Below are positions 1 through 11,468 of a stretch of 32,997 bases of DNA, one piece after another. The position numbers and the translations under genes are program-made. Source of the DNA: Octopus bimaculoides (lineage: Eukaryota); the NCBI RefSeq assembly GCF_001194135.2, contig NC_068984.1, forward strand, positions 76,662,799 through 76,695,795, written 5' to 3'. The notes beneath the pieces are model-generated. The model did no database searches, had not been told where the DNA came from, and saw only the letters and a program-made list of their open reading frames with translations. The number at the start of each line of letters is the position of its first letter. Positions within the stretch are counted from its first letter, which is position 1.

Positions 1-32
1 ATATATAGTTATGATAATAATAATAATAACCC

Positions 33-150
33 TTGGATGGAATTTATAAACATTCAATGCATCGCTACGCGCGTTTCCACAAATTACATGTCTCTTAAGA
101 TTTATGAAAACGCGTGTAGCGATGCATAAAATGTTTATAAATTCCATCCA
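33..150. repeat. Imperfect palindrome (~47-bp arms, ~25-nt spacer), MITE-like
   Basis: 33-79 ttggatggaatttataaacattcaatgcatcgctacgcgcgtttcca is the near reverse complement of 105-150. Confidence 0.8.
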
Positions 151-220
151 AAGATTATAAATATTACTATATTTATCCTAAATTATATCGGTACATCTCG
201 ATGCAACCCGCAAGACTAGT

Positions 221-291
221 TCACCAGTCAGCATCATTAGACTGGTCAGCATAATGGAATAGGAGCTTTATTTGAATACTTAAAACATTTC
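221..291 (-). CDS. Candidate exon I (phase 1 start): (G)NVLSIQIKLLFHYADQSNDADW-stop, or internal exon ending at 225
   Basis: Acceptor ttttaaatttgtttaCAG; in frame with exon H. It ends either at TGA 223-221 or at a weak donor TG|GTGAAC. Confidence 0.5.
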
Positions 292-324
292 CTGTAAACA
301 AATTTAAAAGCGAAATATAGATTG

Positions 325-415
325 TGATTTCAATTCGTAGACCGAGTTGTGAGTTGTGTTCTTGAGCAAAAAACTTCATCTCATGCTGCTCTACGGTCAC
401 TTCATCAACTGACGT
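325..415 (+). mobile_element. SINE fragment (family D-like core)
   Basis: gttgtgttcttgagcaaaaaacttcatctcatgctgctc matches the core of the SINEs at 18817 and 22934. Confidence 0.55.
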
Positions 416-551
416 GAGGTACATAGTGCAACTGTTCAGACAACGTTGATTTGATGGAGAGAGTGAGCTAATGTGCATCATGAACATTTGATCACTATCA
501 ACAAATCATTTTCGCAGGTTGTTCGGCAAAAGCTGAACGCTCATGCACCGT

Positions 552-593
<42 letters not shown>

Positions 594-913
594 AAAATGA
601 AAAATAATAATAAGGAAGAATGCTAAACTAAAAGCATATTTTAATATAGATGTGTAAAAAGGATTTCTAACCGGCTTTCACTGCATGGCAAATTTTCAAG
701 AAGANNNNNNNNNNNNNNNNNNNNNNNNNNNNNNNNNNNNNNNNNNNNNNNNNNNNNNNNNNNNNNNNNNNNNNNNNNNNNNNNNNNNNNNNNNNNNNNN
801 NNNNNNNNNNNNNNNNNNNNNNNNNNNNNNNNNNNNNNNNNNNNNNNNNNNNNNNNNNNNNNNNNNNNNNNNNNNNNNNNNNNNNNNNNNNNNNNNNNNN
901 NNNNNNNNNNNNN

Positions 914-1207
914 GCGAAAACACCTAAAGCTCCACAAAGCCCCGGCAGGGGATGGTGGCGAACCCTGTTGTACTCTTCCACCACAACTTTCTCTCACTCT
1001 AATTTCCTGTTTCTGTTGTGCTTGTAATTCAAAGGGCCAGCCTTGTCACACTGTGTCACGCTGAATCTCCCCCGGGAACTACGTTGAGGGTACACGTGTC
1101 TGTGGAGTGCTCAGCCACTTGCGCGTTAATTTCACGAGCAGGCTGTTCCGTTGATCGGATCAACTGGAACCCTCGACGTCGTAAGCGACGGAGTGCCAAT
1201 AACAACA
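914..1207 (+). mobile_element. tRNA-derived SINE family A, 3' part (5' end in gap)
   Basis: Highly similar to 11555-11850; ends gacggagtgccaa. Resembles Octopus OR-type SINEs (recalled, not searched). Confidence 0.9.
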
Positions 1208-1748
1208 AATTATTGTGCTAAAATCCATTCCGTACAAGTTCTTGTGGGATAGCTTCTTAATACAAGTTCATGTGCTTCAAACTCTTAGCTGCAAGCTATT
1301 TCATATTTACTCATTTCAGTTATTAGACTGTGGACATGTTGTGGGTACCACCGTAAAAGTTTTGGGTCGATCATATCGAGCAGAGTAGCTACTTGAAAGT
1401 CTGGTATTTATTTTACTGATCTGAATTTTTTGAACAGCTTGATTACGGGACATATACACAATGCAAAGCTTTTCAGCGGCGTCTACATAAAAACATTTAA
1501 ATAAAGAGGCATATAAGCTCATACGAATGCAGAACCAACGCACATACAAACACACTTATATGTGTGTACATATCTATATACAACAAGCTTCAGCAGATTC
1601 TGTCTATCATCTCACTCACACAGTAGATGTAGAATTCATTTGTCCGAGTGCCACACAATGGGACCGAACCCTAAACAAAATAACTACTAAGCCAACATTT
1701 TGCCTACACAACCATGCCGATACCTATTCAAGTTCTTGCGGTATAAAT

Positions 1749-1987
1749 TTATTTCTTTCTTTATTGCCCACAGGGGTTAAACATAGAAGGGACAAATAAG
1801 GACAGACAAAGGGATTAAATCGATTACATCGACCCCGGTGCGTAACTAGTACTTATTTAAGTTGTACTCCAAAAGGTTGAAAGGCAAAGTCGACCTCAGC
1901 GGAATTTGAACTCAGAATGTAACAGCAGACGAAATACCCCTAAGCATTTCGCCCGGCGTGCTAACGATTCTGCCAGCTCACCGCCCT
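1749..1987 (-). mobile_element. tRNA-derived SINE family B, near full length
   Basis: The reverse strand has a Pol III-like head (ggcgg.gagctggcagaatcgttagc...gagttcaaattccgc); homologous to 23703-24086. Confidence 0.85.
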
Positions 1988-2388
1988 ACGCCTTAAAGTT
2001 TTTGTGTCATAAATGTATTGAATATATTGTATGAAAATTCTTGATATAAACCTACTCCAGTTAAAGGTTTTAGCTTCAAATCCAAATATGCTCACGTAGA
2101 GCGATTATGGTAATCCATAATAATTTCTGTACATCTGTTTTAAACACATAGATATAAACTTTCAGAAATGAATATTTATACATATATACACACACACATT
2201 ATTAGATATCCATGCACACATATGCAAAATGACACTCTCTTACACACACGCATGCACAAGCATGCGCCGGCATACATGCTTATACACAAAGTGGCGATTA
2301 TATTTTTCTAAAATAGATTGATATGCTTAAAATCAAAGTACACAATCTCACTTCTAGGAAATGTAAAATCTAAAAAGTTGTGACTAAC

Positions 2389-2613
2389 CTGTATATGATG
2401 AACCTGAACTGGTATGAACTTCAGCGTAAATACTTTTCAAATGTATTTCGACGTAAGCTTTCGATATATTTGTGTTGCAGGAGTATTCTACTACAGAATA
2501 TGATGGAGATCTTTCTGGAGCCTTCAGCTGAACAACTGGGAAGCTTTTAAAGTCAAAGTTCCGTTGGCCGTCGAAGATGACTTTATTATGTTGTACTTGA
2601 CAAATTACGGATA
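2389..2613 (-). CDS. Exon H (225 nt, phase 1-1): (L)SVICQVQHNKVIFDGQRNFDFKSFPVVQLKAPERSPSYSVVEYSCNTNISKAYVEIHLKSIYAEVHTSSGSSYT
   Basis: 74 open codons not in the ORF track; acceptor ttttttgcaattAAG, donor CAG|GTTAGT. It supplies the F-strand C-x-V-x-H completing the exon G Ig domain and starts a second Ig domain (P-V-V...YSC). Confidence 0.85.
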
Positions 2614-2959
2614 CTTAATTGCAAAAAGAAAAAAAAGTAAAAGAAAATCAAATGAATACAAAGAGAATCAAAACTTTAATGTATCGACATAGTAAAATAT
2701 ACATATATACTTTATTCATTTACCGGTTTCATTTCAGTCATCTGTGGGATATTCATAATATATTATATTCATTCCTTCACTATGGTGGAATCCGTAGAGT
2801 ATCAGACAAAACATTTTGTATATTTAGCTTAACGCTCTAAATCGCGAAAGTTAAGATACGTTTAGATATAAATGAAAGTTTGGAAAGGGAAAGTAGGGAA
2901 GGCAGTAGAGAAATACATTCATATATACAACACAGCACAAACATTTAAATTGAAAGGAA

Positions 2960-3860
2960 TTTTCGAGTTTGCTATCATAAGGATCTTACACTATTTGTTG
3001 ATTTTTTCCTCTATAATCATGTTTGATCTTCTTGCCTCTGTAGTATGGTCAGTCTTTATGGGGAGGTCCCAGAAAATTTTGAAATTCTTATCTGCTGTCA
3101 CAGCCTCTGTTTGGTGTTCATACCGTTTTTCTGTTGTTTTGAAGTCATACACTCTACTAACATCCCAATGGTCTCTTTTGCCTATATGCTCATGTCTGTG
3201 TTTATACTCCATTTGTGCTAGTATACTGCACTCACTCAAAATGTGATTTATGCTCTCGTCTTCTTTCCTGCAGATTCTACATTTGCTGTCTGACTGAGTT
3301 TTGTTGATCTTTGCCTTGATTAAATTTGTTCTAAGGGCTTGTTCCTGAGCAACAATAATAAACGCTGCTCTTCCTCCTAAGTTCTCGTCATTCAACAAGA
3401 ACCAACAATCTTCAATTCCAGCATTCTCAGTTTGCTGCGTGAATTGGCCTTGCAGTTCCATTTCTTTCCATTTGTTTATTTTGTTGTTCTTCCTTTTCTC
3501 TTTTGAATTCTACTGGCTGCCGACAGTATTCTTTTTTACTCTGTCAGACCCTGTATCGCAGTACTAACAGTGTCTCCCGCGTTTAATAATCTTCTACCAC
3601 TTTCCCTTCTTGGCAAGTAGAGTCGCTCGGTATTTGGATGGAATGCATAAGATAGTGTGCATTGTGCATTGTAAAGAGTTATCTGGTTCTCCTATCCAAG
3701 TTTGCAGCACGACCTTTGTCCATTTCAAAATGCGGTAGAATATTTCAATACTGACATAGGCCTTGTGTTTGTAGATTGAATGATGTTCTCTCGATTTAAT
3801 TCTATTTCCAGCACCTTTCTAATTCTCGTCTTGTACTCTTTAGTGATTTTCTCTCTATAA
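2960..3860 (-). mobile_element. Decayed RLE-type (R4/Dong-like) non-LTR retrotransposon fragment
   Basis: ORF 2991..3461 has the CCHC knuckle (CRICRKEDESINHILSEC), the RH motif and the start of the restriction-like endonuclease (WDLPIKTDH...RRSNM). 3600-3860 translates to RT-thumb-like remnants. Confidence 0.85.
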
Positions 3861-3866
3861 TAGTGA

Positions 3867-3967
<101 letters not shown>

Positions 3968-4229
3968 GTTATTATTATTATTGAAAGGTTTTAGGTTAGA
4001 GCTTTTCCTGTCGAAACTAGCCCTCATCAACTCCTTCATGTACCTCATAAGGAGGAAGGTGAAGGCAGGGAAGGTAGTACTTCAGAAAATGTACTGAAAT
4101 ATGGATGAGAACGGTGAAATTTGTGTACTTAAATGAACCGACATTTACTTAGTAGTTGTAGGCTGGCTGCAAGAATTAGAAGAAGGCACTGACTTATAAC
4201 GTGTCATGGTAATCCTCGAGTGTGTTAGG

Positions 4230-4615
4230 GATGTCACATATCACCCAATGTGATTGCTCTTCTATGACGTGGAACCTTTTATTGTTCGTATCTGTTCTTT
4301 AGCATTAGTTGGGATGTTGCCGTAAGATTTAGTGAAAACAAGTCTCCTTAAATCTCAAGAATTTTCCTTAAGATTCTTATAGAATACAGAATGGCACTTT
4401 CTTGTAGGTACGTGTCTCACTTCCAGTATCCTTCAGTCACTTAGGTAGTAGTTTGGGTTTTTGTGCCAAGCACCCCAATTACCACAGAAACTCTTGTCAT
4501 CTTAGTCTTCCACAATCTCTTTACCTTTCTGGCTAGTTCCTGATTTCTGAGTTATCCCAATTTCGTTAATGCCAACTCTACTATCATATGGTATTGCAAT
4601 GTTTATTCTCTTACA
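4230..4615 (-). mobile_element. RLE-type LINE 3' end remnant
   Basis: Degenerate translation includes IAIPYDSRV and VVIGVLGT motifs of the endonuclease C-terminus. Confidence 0.65.
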
Positions 4616-5220
4616 TTGTCATTACTATTATTACTATCATCATCATCATCATCATCATCATTATTATTTCTCTATAGTGTATAGGTTGAGATATGAATAA
4701 TTTTCCTTGAATGCAGACGACCATGCTCCATTACTTCCTATACCCACCGATGCTGTACTCCTCTAACATACAGTGCGATAGGGTATCAGTGATCAGTTGG
4801 TGAATTTGCAACTAAATATTTACTTTGATATATAATATGTTATATCAAAAATATTAACATAAGAGATTAATGTAACAATTTATGTCTTCTAAATAATAGC
4901 TAATTAATAACTTAATGACAAAACCAATTTGAAACTAAGGCAAGCCAGATGTAAAAAAGGCAGTGCCAGCCAAAGCTAATGGTGAGAAGAGAAGCGGAAA
5001 CCGCAGACATCGTCTGCTCACAATAGATTGAACTCGCTTAATGTACTCAAAGAATAAGTGATATTTATCTTCCACGCAACAACGGGTAGATAGGTCACCT
5101 TGAAGAAATGGTAAAAGCTATTTGTCGCTCAGAGGGATGGAGCCTCAAAGCATGTAATAGTAAAGCGAGCTTCTGAACCTCACAGATACGTTCGCGTCCA
5201 CTTGATATAATTTAAAGATT

Positions 5221-5272
<52 letters not shown>

Positions 5273-5988
5273 TATATATACACCAGAAGATTAGAAATTC
5301 ACATCACAAAAGTGAAAGTTCTTCAAGTAATTTTATGTACTCTGCAAACTAATTATTGTTTCACATACGCACTATACTTGAGAAAAGCTGTACATAAAAC
5401 TGACTGAGTGTAATTCCTACATATTCTACACCTTTTTAGGCACATCAGTGCTGAGTGTTCATCTCGAAAATACCACTCTGATACCGCCTTGTAATACCTG
5501 GCAATTTCAGATGTTGACATTGTTAGCCTCTGTTCTACTCTGATCAAGCAGGACGTATTCAAGGACGTTCCAGATGCTAACACAGCGCTTTGAATAACTT
5601 TGACTATCATGTCTGTGTCATATCCTTTCTTTGAGACGGTAGAGGTGCTCTAAGGTTAAGCAACATGTTCAAAATAGCACTCCATGCATAATTCCTCGTT
5701 GGCTTGTTACTACAACCTACTTAAAAAGTACAAGACAAAGTCATTAACAGTCATGTGACCGTAGCCAAGGTAACGAAAAATAAGCTGAGCTGATAATATG
5801 ACTGGGCTCGTATGATGGGCCATTTGAGCAAAACTGTGTAGTTTAAGTATTCAACTAGTATCGACTCCAGATATATTTAGTAAAATAATTCCAACGAGGA
5901 ATAGAAGCTTTGTATCGATTAACTAAGTCTATTATCAAGATATCATTGCATTCACTATATATAGAAATATACAACGGGGGATACGTAC

Positions 5989-6207
5989 ATTGTGTTTGTT
6001 GCGAAATATATTGGTTTAGGTTCAAGACAGTAATAGTTTCCTGTGAACGATTGTTTGCTAATATCTGCTCTGTTTTCACACCAGTCACAGGTTTTTTGGA
6101 AATATACCATAAATAGGTGAGATTTTGTATACCATAATTTGTGTAACATGTTAAGGATACACTATCAGAGGTTAGTAACTCCGCTGCAATTCGTAACACT
6201 TGGGGGT
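5989..6207 (-). CDS. Exon G (219 nt, phase 1-1), most of a C2-type Ig-like domain: xPQVLRIAAELLTSDSVSLTCYTNYGIQNLTYLWY...ITVLNLNQYISQQTQ
   Basis: Acceptor cttattttTCAG, donor AAT|GTACGT; Ig B-strand Cys (VSLTC) and C-strand Trp (YLWY). The frame stays open to 5855, so the 3' boundary is less sure. Confidence 0.85.
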
Positions 6208-6499
6208 CTGAAAAATAAGGTGTAAAAAATATATAAATAAAGTGCAAATATTCATATAAAGGTTTGACCTTCTCACAATAAACTTACGACTTTGAGAAAA
6301 TATAAATTTAACGTACATTCACACAAATAAAGACTTGTTCATATTTTAGAAATGAATTACTATATTTTTAAGAAATAGCTCAAGTATCAAGCAAATAATC
6401 CACGAAAAAAGAAAAGTAAGAATCAATAGACCTGCTTCTGTGGTGAGAAATATACTAAAAATATTATGCATAAACATTTAATACTATTAAACAATTTAT

Positions 6500-6717
6500 C
6501 GGCACGTCATCCGTTACGATGGCATGCGTTCCAGTTGTATTCAACGGAACAGCTTGCTCGTGAAACTAACATGCAAGTGGCTGAGCACTCTCAAGTCACG
6601 TGTACCCTTAATGTATGTAGTTCACAGGGGTATAGTGTCTGTTTCAAGGACATAACACTCTGCCTGGAATCGAAATCACGATCATGATCGAATACCCTGA
6701 TCACTAAGCCACGCGTC
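6500..6717 (-). mobile_element. SINE variant: family D-like head joined to family A-like tail
   Basis: The head gacgcgtggcttagtgatcagg resembles 18817; the tail gtacacgtgacttgagagtgctcagccacttgcatg...ctgttccgttg resembles the family A 3' end. Confidence 0.7.
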
Positions 6718-7384
6718 AGCACAATTAAACAATACATAGTAATTAAATACACACATTAATATGTTCTGAATAGAATTGCTGTGGTAATTGTTTCAAATTT
6801 TGCAATGAGAGAAAAGTGATGGAAGTATCCAAGTCTTGTTTTGGGTATGTCCATGTCCTAAGGAGTGTTCCTTGAATCTATGTGAGCGTATGTTTATGTA
6901 TATGCATGTAAGAATTTATATGTATATATAAGTGCATACATATGTATGTATACGTTCGTTCGTCTATATGTATATATATATATTTCTGTGTCCATGCTTA
7001 CGTAAAACCATCTTTCTTTCCTTCCCTGAGCGTCTGCTAATACTTTGCGTGTTCTTTTTCCTTGTGTTTGTTCTTCATTTTTTATTTACTATACATACAT
7101 ACATACATACATACATACATANNNNNNNNNNNNNNNNNNNNNNNNNNNNNNNNNNNNNNNNNNNNNNNNNNNNNNNNNNNNNNNNNNNNNNNNNNNNNNN
7201 NNNNNNNNNNNNNNNNNNNNNNNNNNNNNNNNNNNNATTAATAATAATAAAGGAGTTACGACGCAAAAACGTATATATTAAATGAACATATTTATCTTCT
7301 TCAATATATATTTCAGTATAAAGAATTCATTAAGAGACTTAGTAAATCAAAATTCCTTTACACATCTTCAGGAAAAATTAAATA

Positions 7385-7920
7385 TAACACCAGAAAACCA
7401 CACTCGGTTTAAAAATACAATCCGTTCATGGCGAAAATTTCACTAGTAGAGAAATATACTAGTAGAGAAACCCGACCTTGCTCTGGTTTAAAATTGTTTA
7501 TTATTGATTTACTTGTTTCGGTATTATAACCCGATTTCATTCGGGTCTATGCGGGCCACATTTTAAAAGATGAGGAATTTTACTCTAGAGGCCACGCCTT
7601 TCAATTGAGCAAACTCGCCAGCATTTTTAACATAGTTACGCTTTTGCATGCACAAGCGCTTGTGAAACAACGTCCGCCCTTTTCGCAAATATATAGTAGA
7701 CTTACAGAGATACCCGGCCTTGCTTGGGATTAAAATGGCATAATTTTTCATTGTTTTACTTGTTTCGGTATTATAACCCGATTTCATTCGGGTTTACTCG
7801 GGCCAAATTTTAAAAGATGAGGAATTTTGCCCCAGAGGACAGAGTACTTGATTCCACGCAAAAAAATCCGAGTTTTTTTCGTAGGGAAAATCGTGCGGGT
7901 GTTAATACAGAAATTTACCC
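7385..7920. repeat. Unclassified element with an ~84-bp internal direct duplication (7508-7591 / 7755-7838), each copy with an ACCCGA-6-TCGGGT hairpin
   Basis: Duplication and hairpins read directly; actagtagagaaa also occurs twice near 7443-7470. Outer boundaries are approximate. Confidence 0.55.
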
Positions 7921-8368
7921 ACAATTCTTAGACACCACACACATACGCACCTTACTTTATCCTATAGTCAATCCTTAAAATCTCCCCTACCTCTATCTAT
8001 CTCTCTTTATCTTTCTTTTCTTTTTTTTTTGCTTTTACCAATTAATAGCCAACTCCGCTATCATTCTATTATTGAACGTTGATATGTTCGCGTCTTTTTC
8101 TTGAGATGTCTACTATATGAGGACTTTAACCAGCATGGATATGCGCAGGATTGCATATAAGGGCTTACGCTAATGGATCTACGCAGGATTGCACCTAAGG
8201 ACTCATGTTTTGGTGTCTATAACTTCGGGAAGTTAAACTATGGACTTTTATGCTTCTTTTCCTTCTCTTTTTCCATCTCCTTATTCTTTTACTCCCTTCC
8301 TCTATGCTATCATCTTATTAATATATACCATTCCCATTTTCCATATTCCATATTCCCCTCCCCTATTT

Positions 8369-8424
8369 ATCTCTGATGACGGAATATCCCATACTTGGGG
8401 ATATCACATAAAGAGCTGTAAGAT
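8369..8424 (+). ncRNA. Degenerate type I hammerhead-like motif in a probable Penelope-like element end
   Basis: CTGATGA 8373-8379; stem II hairpin atatccca-tact-tggggatat; GTA 8418-8420; stem I ATCT/AGAT pairs. The conserved GAAA reads TAAA, so it is probably inactive. Confidence 0.5.
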
Positions 8425-8636
8425 TTCGAATTTCTTCCTATAGTAATATTGTTTATCAATTGAGATGTTTGCTTTGCCTTAATGTTTGACATCCTGTTTA
8501 ACAATTATATATCCGGTGCATCGGAAATCTGCAATGGCTCCATAACTACGGTCTCGTTAATAACCTTGGAGCACCAGTAATCTGTTACAGCACTTATCTA
8601 GCGTACCTAATCACCTGTGAACTAAACCCCCATACT

Positions 8637-8683
<47 letters not shown>

Positions 8684-9360
8684 CACATTATATATATATT
8701 ATATATATACACATACACTTTATAAATATATATACGCACATTATGTATATATAAATATATATACATTATATAATTATGCACTCATTATATATATATATAT
8801 ATATATATATAAAAGTTCAACAAAGGAAAAAGACAAAAAAAAACAACAACAAAAAACAACAACGTGAGGACGTGATACAGATTGTGTTACTAGACGCTCG
8901 GGAATATATATATATACGCATTAGATATATATATGTTTGAATATACGCATTATATATACATATATATTCANNNNNNNNNNNNNNNNNNNNNNNNNNNNNN
9001 NNNNNNNNNNNNNNNNNNNNNNNNNNNNNNNNNNNNNNNNNNNNNNNNNNNNNNNNNNNNNNNNNNNNNNNNNNNNNNNNNNNNNNNNNNNNNNNNNNNN
9101 NNNNNNNNNNNNNNNNNNNNNNNNNNNNNNNNNNNNNNNNNNNNNNNNNNNNNNNNNNNNNNNNNNNNNNNNNNNNNNNNTATATATATATATATTTATA
9201 TATATATATATATATACACACACATAAATATATATAAATTAACGCAATAAGTATCTGATTAATAATATCTATTAACGTGATTGTGCGAGTGAAATGTATT
9301 TTCGACACAATATAATTATTTACTATTTTATTCCTTTCCATTAAATACAGCTTTGTTCTT

Positions 9361-9392
<32 letters not shown>

Positions 9393-9660
9393 TGTATGTA
9401 TGTATGTATGTATGTATGTATGTATGTATGTATGTTTCTATGTATGTATGTACATATGTATATTTTAATACACTTGATTTGGCTGTTATTTCTAGGACAT
9501 TAATTGCCACGTAGAGGAAAATTTGCGGCTGTCAACGCTTTCTCTCTATAGATACAGACAGACGTACAGAGAGAGATGCGGTGGGAGAAAGAGTGACAGA
9601 GAGACGGCAAAGACAGAGAGGGAAAGATAGAGAGTGGAAGCTGTCAAATGTTATATATCA

Positions 9661-9747
9661 AATCCAATGTGTATATACCAAATCCAATGTGTATATACCA
9701 AATCCAATGTGTATATACCAAATCCAATGTGTATATACCAAATCCAA
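9661..9747 (+). repeat. 20-bp minisatellite (AATCCAATGTGTATATACCA) x4 plus partial
   Basis: Four perfect tandem copies 9661-9740, with no spacers. Confidence 0.97.
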
Positions 9748-10053
9748 AGACGCGAACCACACCCACAAGAAATTCTCGACCTATTTACCACGAATAATAC
9801 GCATGGCCAACCATCAAAGAATTCCTCAACCTTTAGAGCGCTTTTCATTCAAAAGTCATTCTGACCTTCCCATCTATTCTTTGTATTTTACTTTTTTTGC
9901 AGTGTTTAACTACCACTCCCTGAATATATACCAGCAATCCTGCTTCATTAAAGGATTTGTGGACTGCTATAAATGCACGCATCATATCAGCCCCATTCTG
10001 CCACACAGAGTAGCAAAATTTACATAATATAACGCTGTAACGTATTATGCAAA

Positions 10054-10155
10054 CTGATGAGGTTTCTTCTGTACTGTGGGGTGCATTTGATTCCATTAGA
10101 TCGTTTCTTACCCACTAGAGAGTAGTGGAGATGTAAGCCGAAACGGTCGTCGTGC
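10054..10155 (+). ncRNA. Type I hammerhead-like motif with intact catalytic core, at a probable Penelope-like element 3' end
   Basis: CTGATGA 10054-10060; stem II GGTTT(10061-65)/AAGCC(10135-39) closing a long insert; GAAA 10140-43; minimal near-palindromic stem III ACGGTCGT; GTC triplet 10149-51. Stem I is degenerate. Confidence 0.6.
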
Positions 10156-10278
10156 TAAATAAGCTTACAATACACTGTTTTCCCTGTGAATTATTTAATG
10201 CACACACACGCACACGCATATGTATACATAATGCGGTTTAATATGGTATATACATACATGTATATGTGTGTTACATGT

Positions 10279-10397
10279 TAATGAAAGAAGCAAAGAAAAA
10301 ATCCAATATACCTGTTGAAACCGGAGTGGTTGATTCTGGGCCGAGTGTCCCTAAAAAGGTATAATAATATCATTATGTATAATATTTCACATTATAT
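10279..10397 (+). repeat. Dispersed repeat, homologous to 13804-13966
   Basis: Shared taatgaaagaagcaaaga..aaatccaatatacctgtt...aaaaaggtataa.aatatcatta.gtataatatttcacattatat. Confidence 0.8.
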
Positions 10398-10651
10398 ACA
10401 GTCACTACTATACATATGTTATAAAATATGAAGTTATAACCCAGAAAAACCAACATACATACATACATACATACATACAATTCATTGAAACCTCCAGTTT
10501 CTATACCAAGATTTTAAATTCACATTTATACTTTAAAAGTGATGTACTTGGTTTTGTGAGTAAATGCCTAATTGGCATATATGAATAAACTGGGCTTTTC
10601 AGAAAAAGAAATCAACTAGCTAATCCGTACATTCCAAATACAGTCTGTAAG

Positions 10652-10921
10652 GTTGGCAATCCGACGCTTACGACGTCGAGGGTTCCAGTTGATCTGATCA
10701 ACGGAACAGCCTGCTCGTGAAATTAACGTGCAAGTGGCTGAGCACTTCACAGACACGTGTACCCTTAACGTAGTTCTCGGGGATATTCAGCGTGACTTAG
10801 TGTGACAAGGCTGACCCTTTGAATTACAGGCACAACAGAAACAGGAAGTAAGAGAAAGTTGTGGTGAAAGAGTAGAGCAGGGTTCGCCACCATCCCCTGC
10901 CGGAGCCTCGTGGAGCTTTAG
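10652..10921 (-). mobile_element. SINE family A, 3' part (5' end in gap)
   Basis: Reverse complement of 11570-11845. Confidence 0.9.
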
Positions 10922-11468
10922 NNNNNNNNNNNNNNNNNNNNNNNNNNNNNNNNNNNNNNNNNNNNNNNNNNNNNNNNNNNNNNNNNNNNNNNNNNNNNNN
11001 NNNNNNNNNNNNNNNNNNNNNNNNNNNNNNNNNNNNNNNNNNNNNNNNNNNNNNNNNNNNNNNNNNNNNNNNNNNNNNNNNNNNNNNNNNNNNNNNNNNN
11101 NNNNNNNNNNNNNNNNNNNNNNNNNNNNNNNNNNNNNNNNNNNNNNNNNNNNNNNNNNNNNNNNNNNNNNNNNNNNNNNNNNNNNNNNNNNNNNNNNNNN
11201 NNNNNNNNNNNNNNNNNNNNNNNNNNNNNNNNNNNNNNNNNNNNNNNNNNNNNNNNNNNNNNNNNNNNNNNNNNNNNNNNNNNNNNNNNNNNNNNNNNNN
11301 NNNNNNNNNNNNNNNNNNNNNNNNNNNNNNNNNNNNNNNNNNNNNNNNNNNNNNNNNNNNNNNNNNNNNNNNNNNNNNNNNNNNNNNNNNNNNNNNNNNN
11401 NNNNNNNNNNNNNNNNNNNNNNNNNNNNNNNNNNNNNNNNNNNNNNNNNNCATAGATGCTGCTTCTTA

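Noticed and set aside
298-487. N-terminal part of ORF 221..487
   Set aside because: It overlaps a SINE fragment on the opposite strand and lies upstream of the acceptor at 292-294; only 291-221 is a plausible exon.
4680-5210. Possible minus-strand exons in the GC-richer unique sequence between exons G and H
   Set aside because: The phase-1 frames after the candidate acceptors hit stops within ~20 codons, and the donors are weak.
9661-9747. CRISPR-like array (also 25730-25820)
   Set aside because: The units are contiguous with no unique spacers, no cas genes are present, and the context is eukaryotic.
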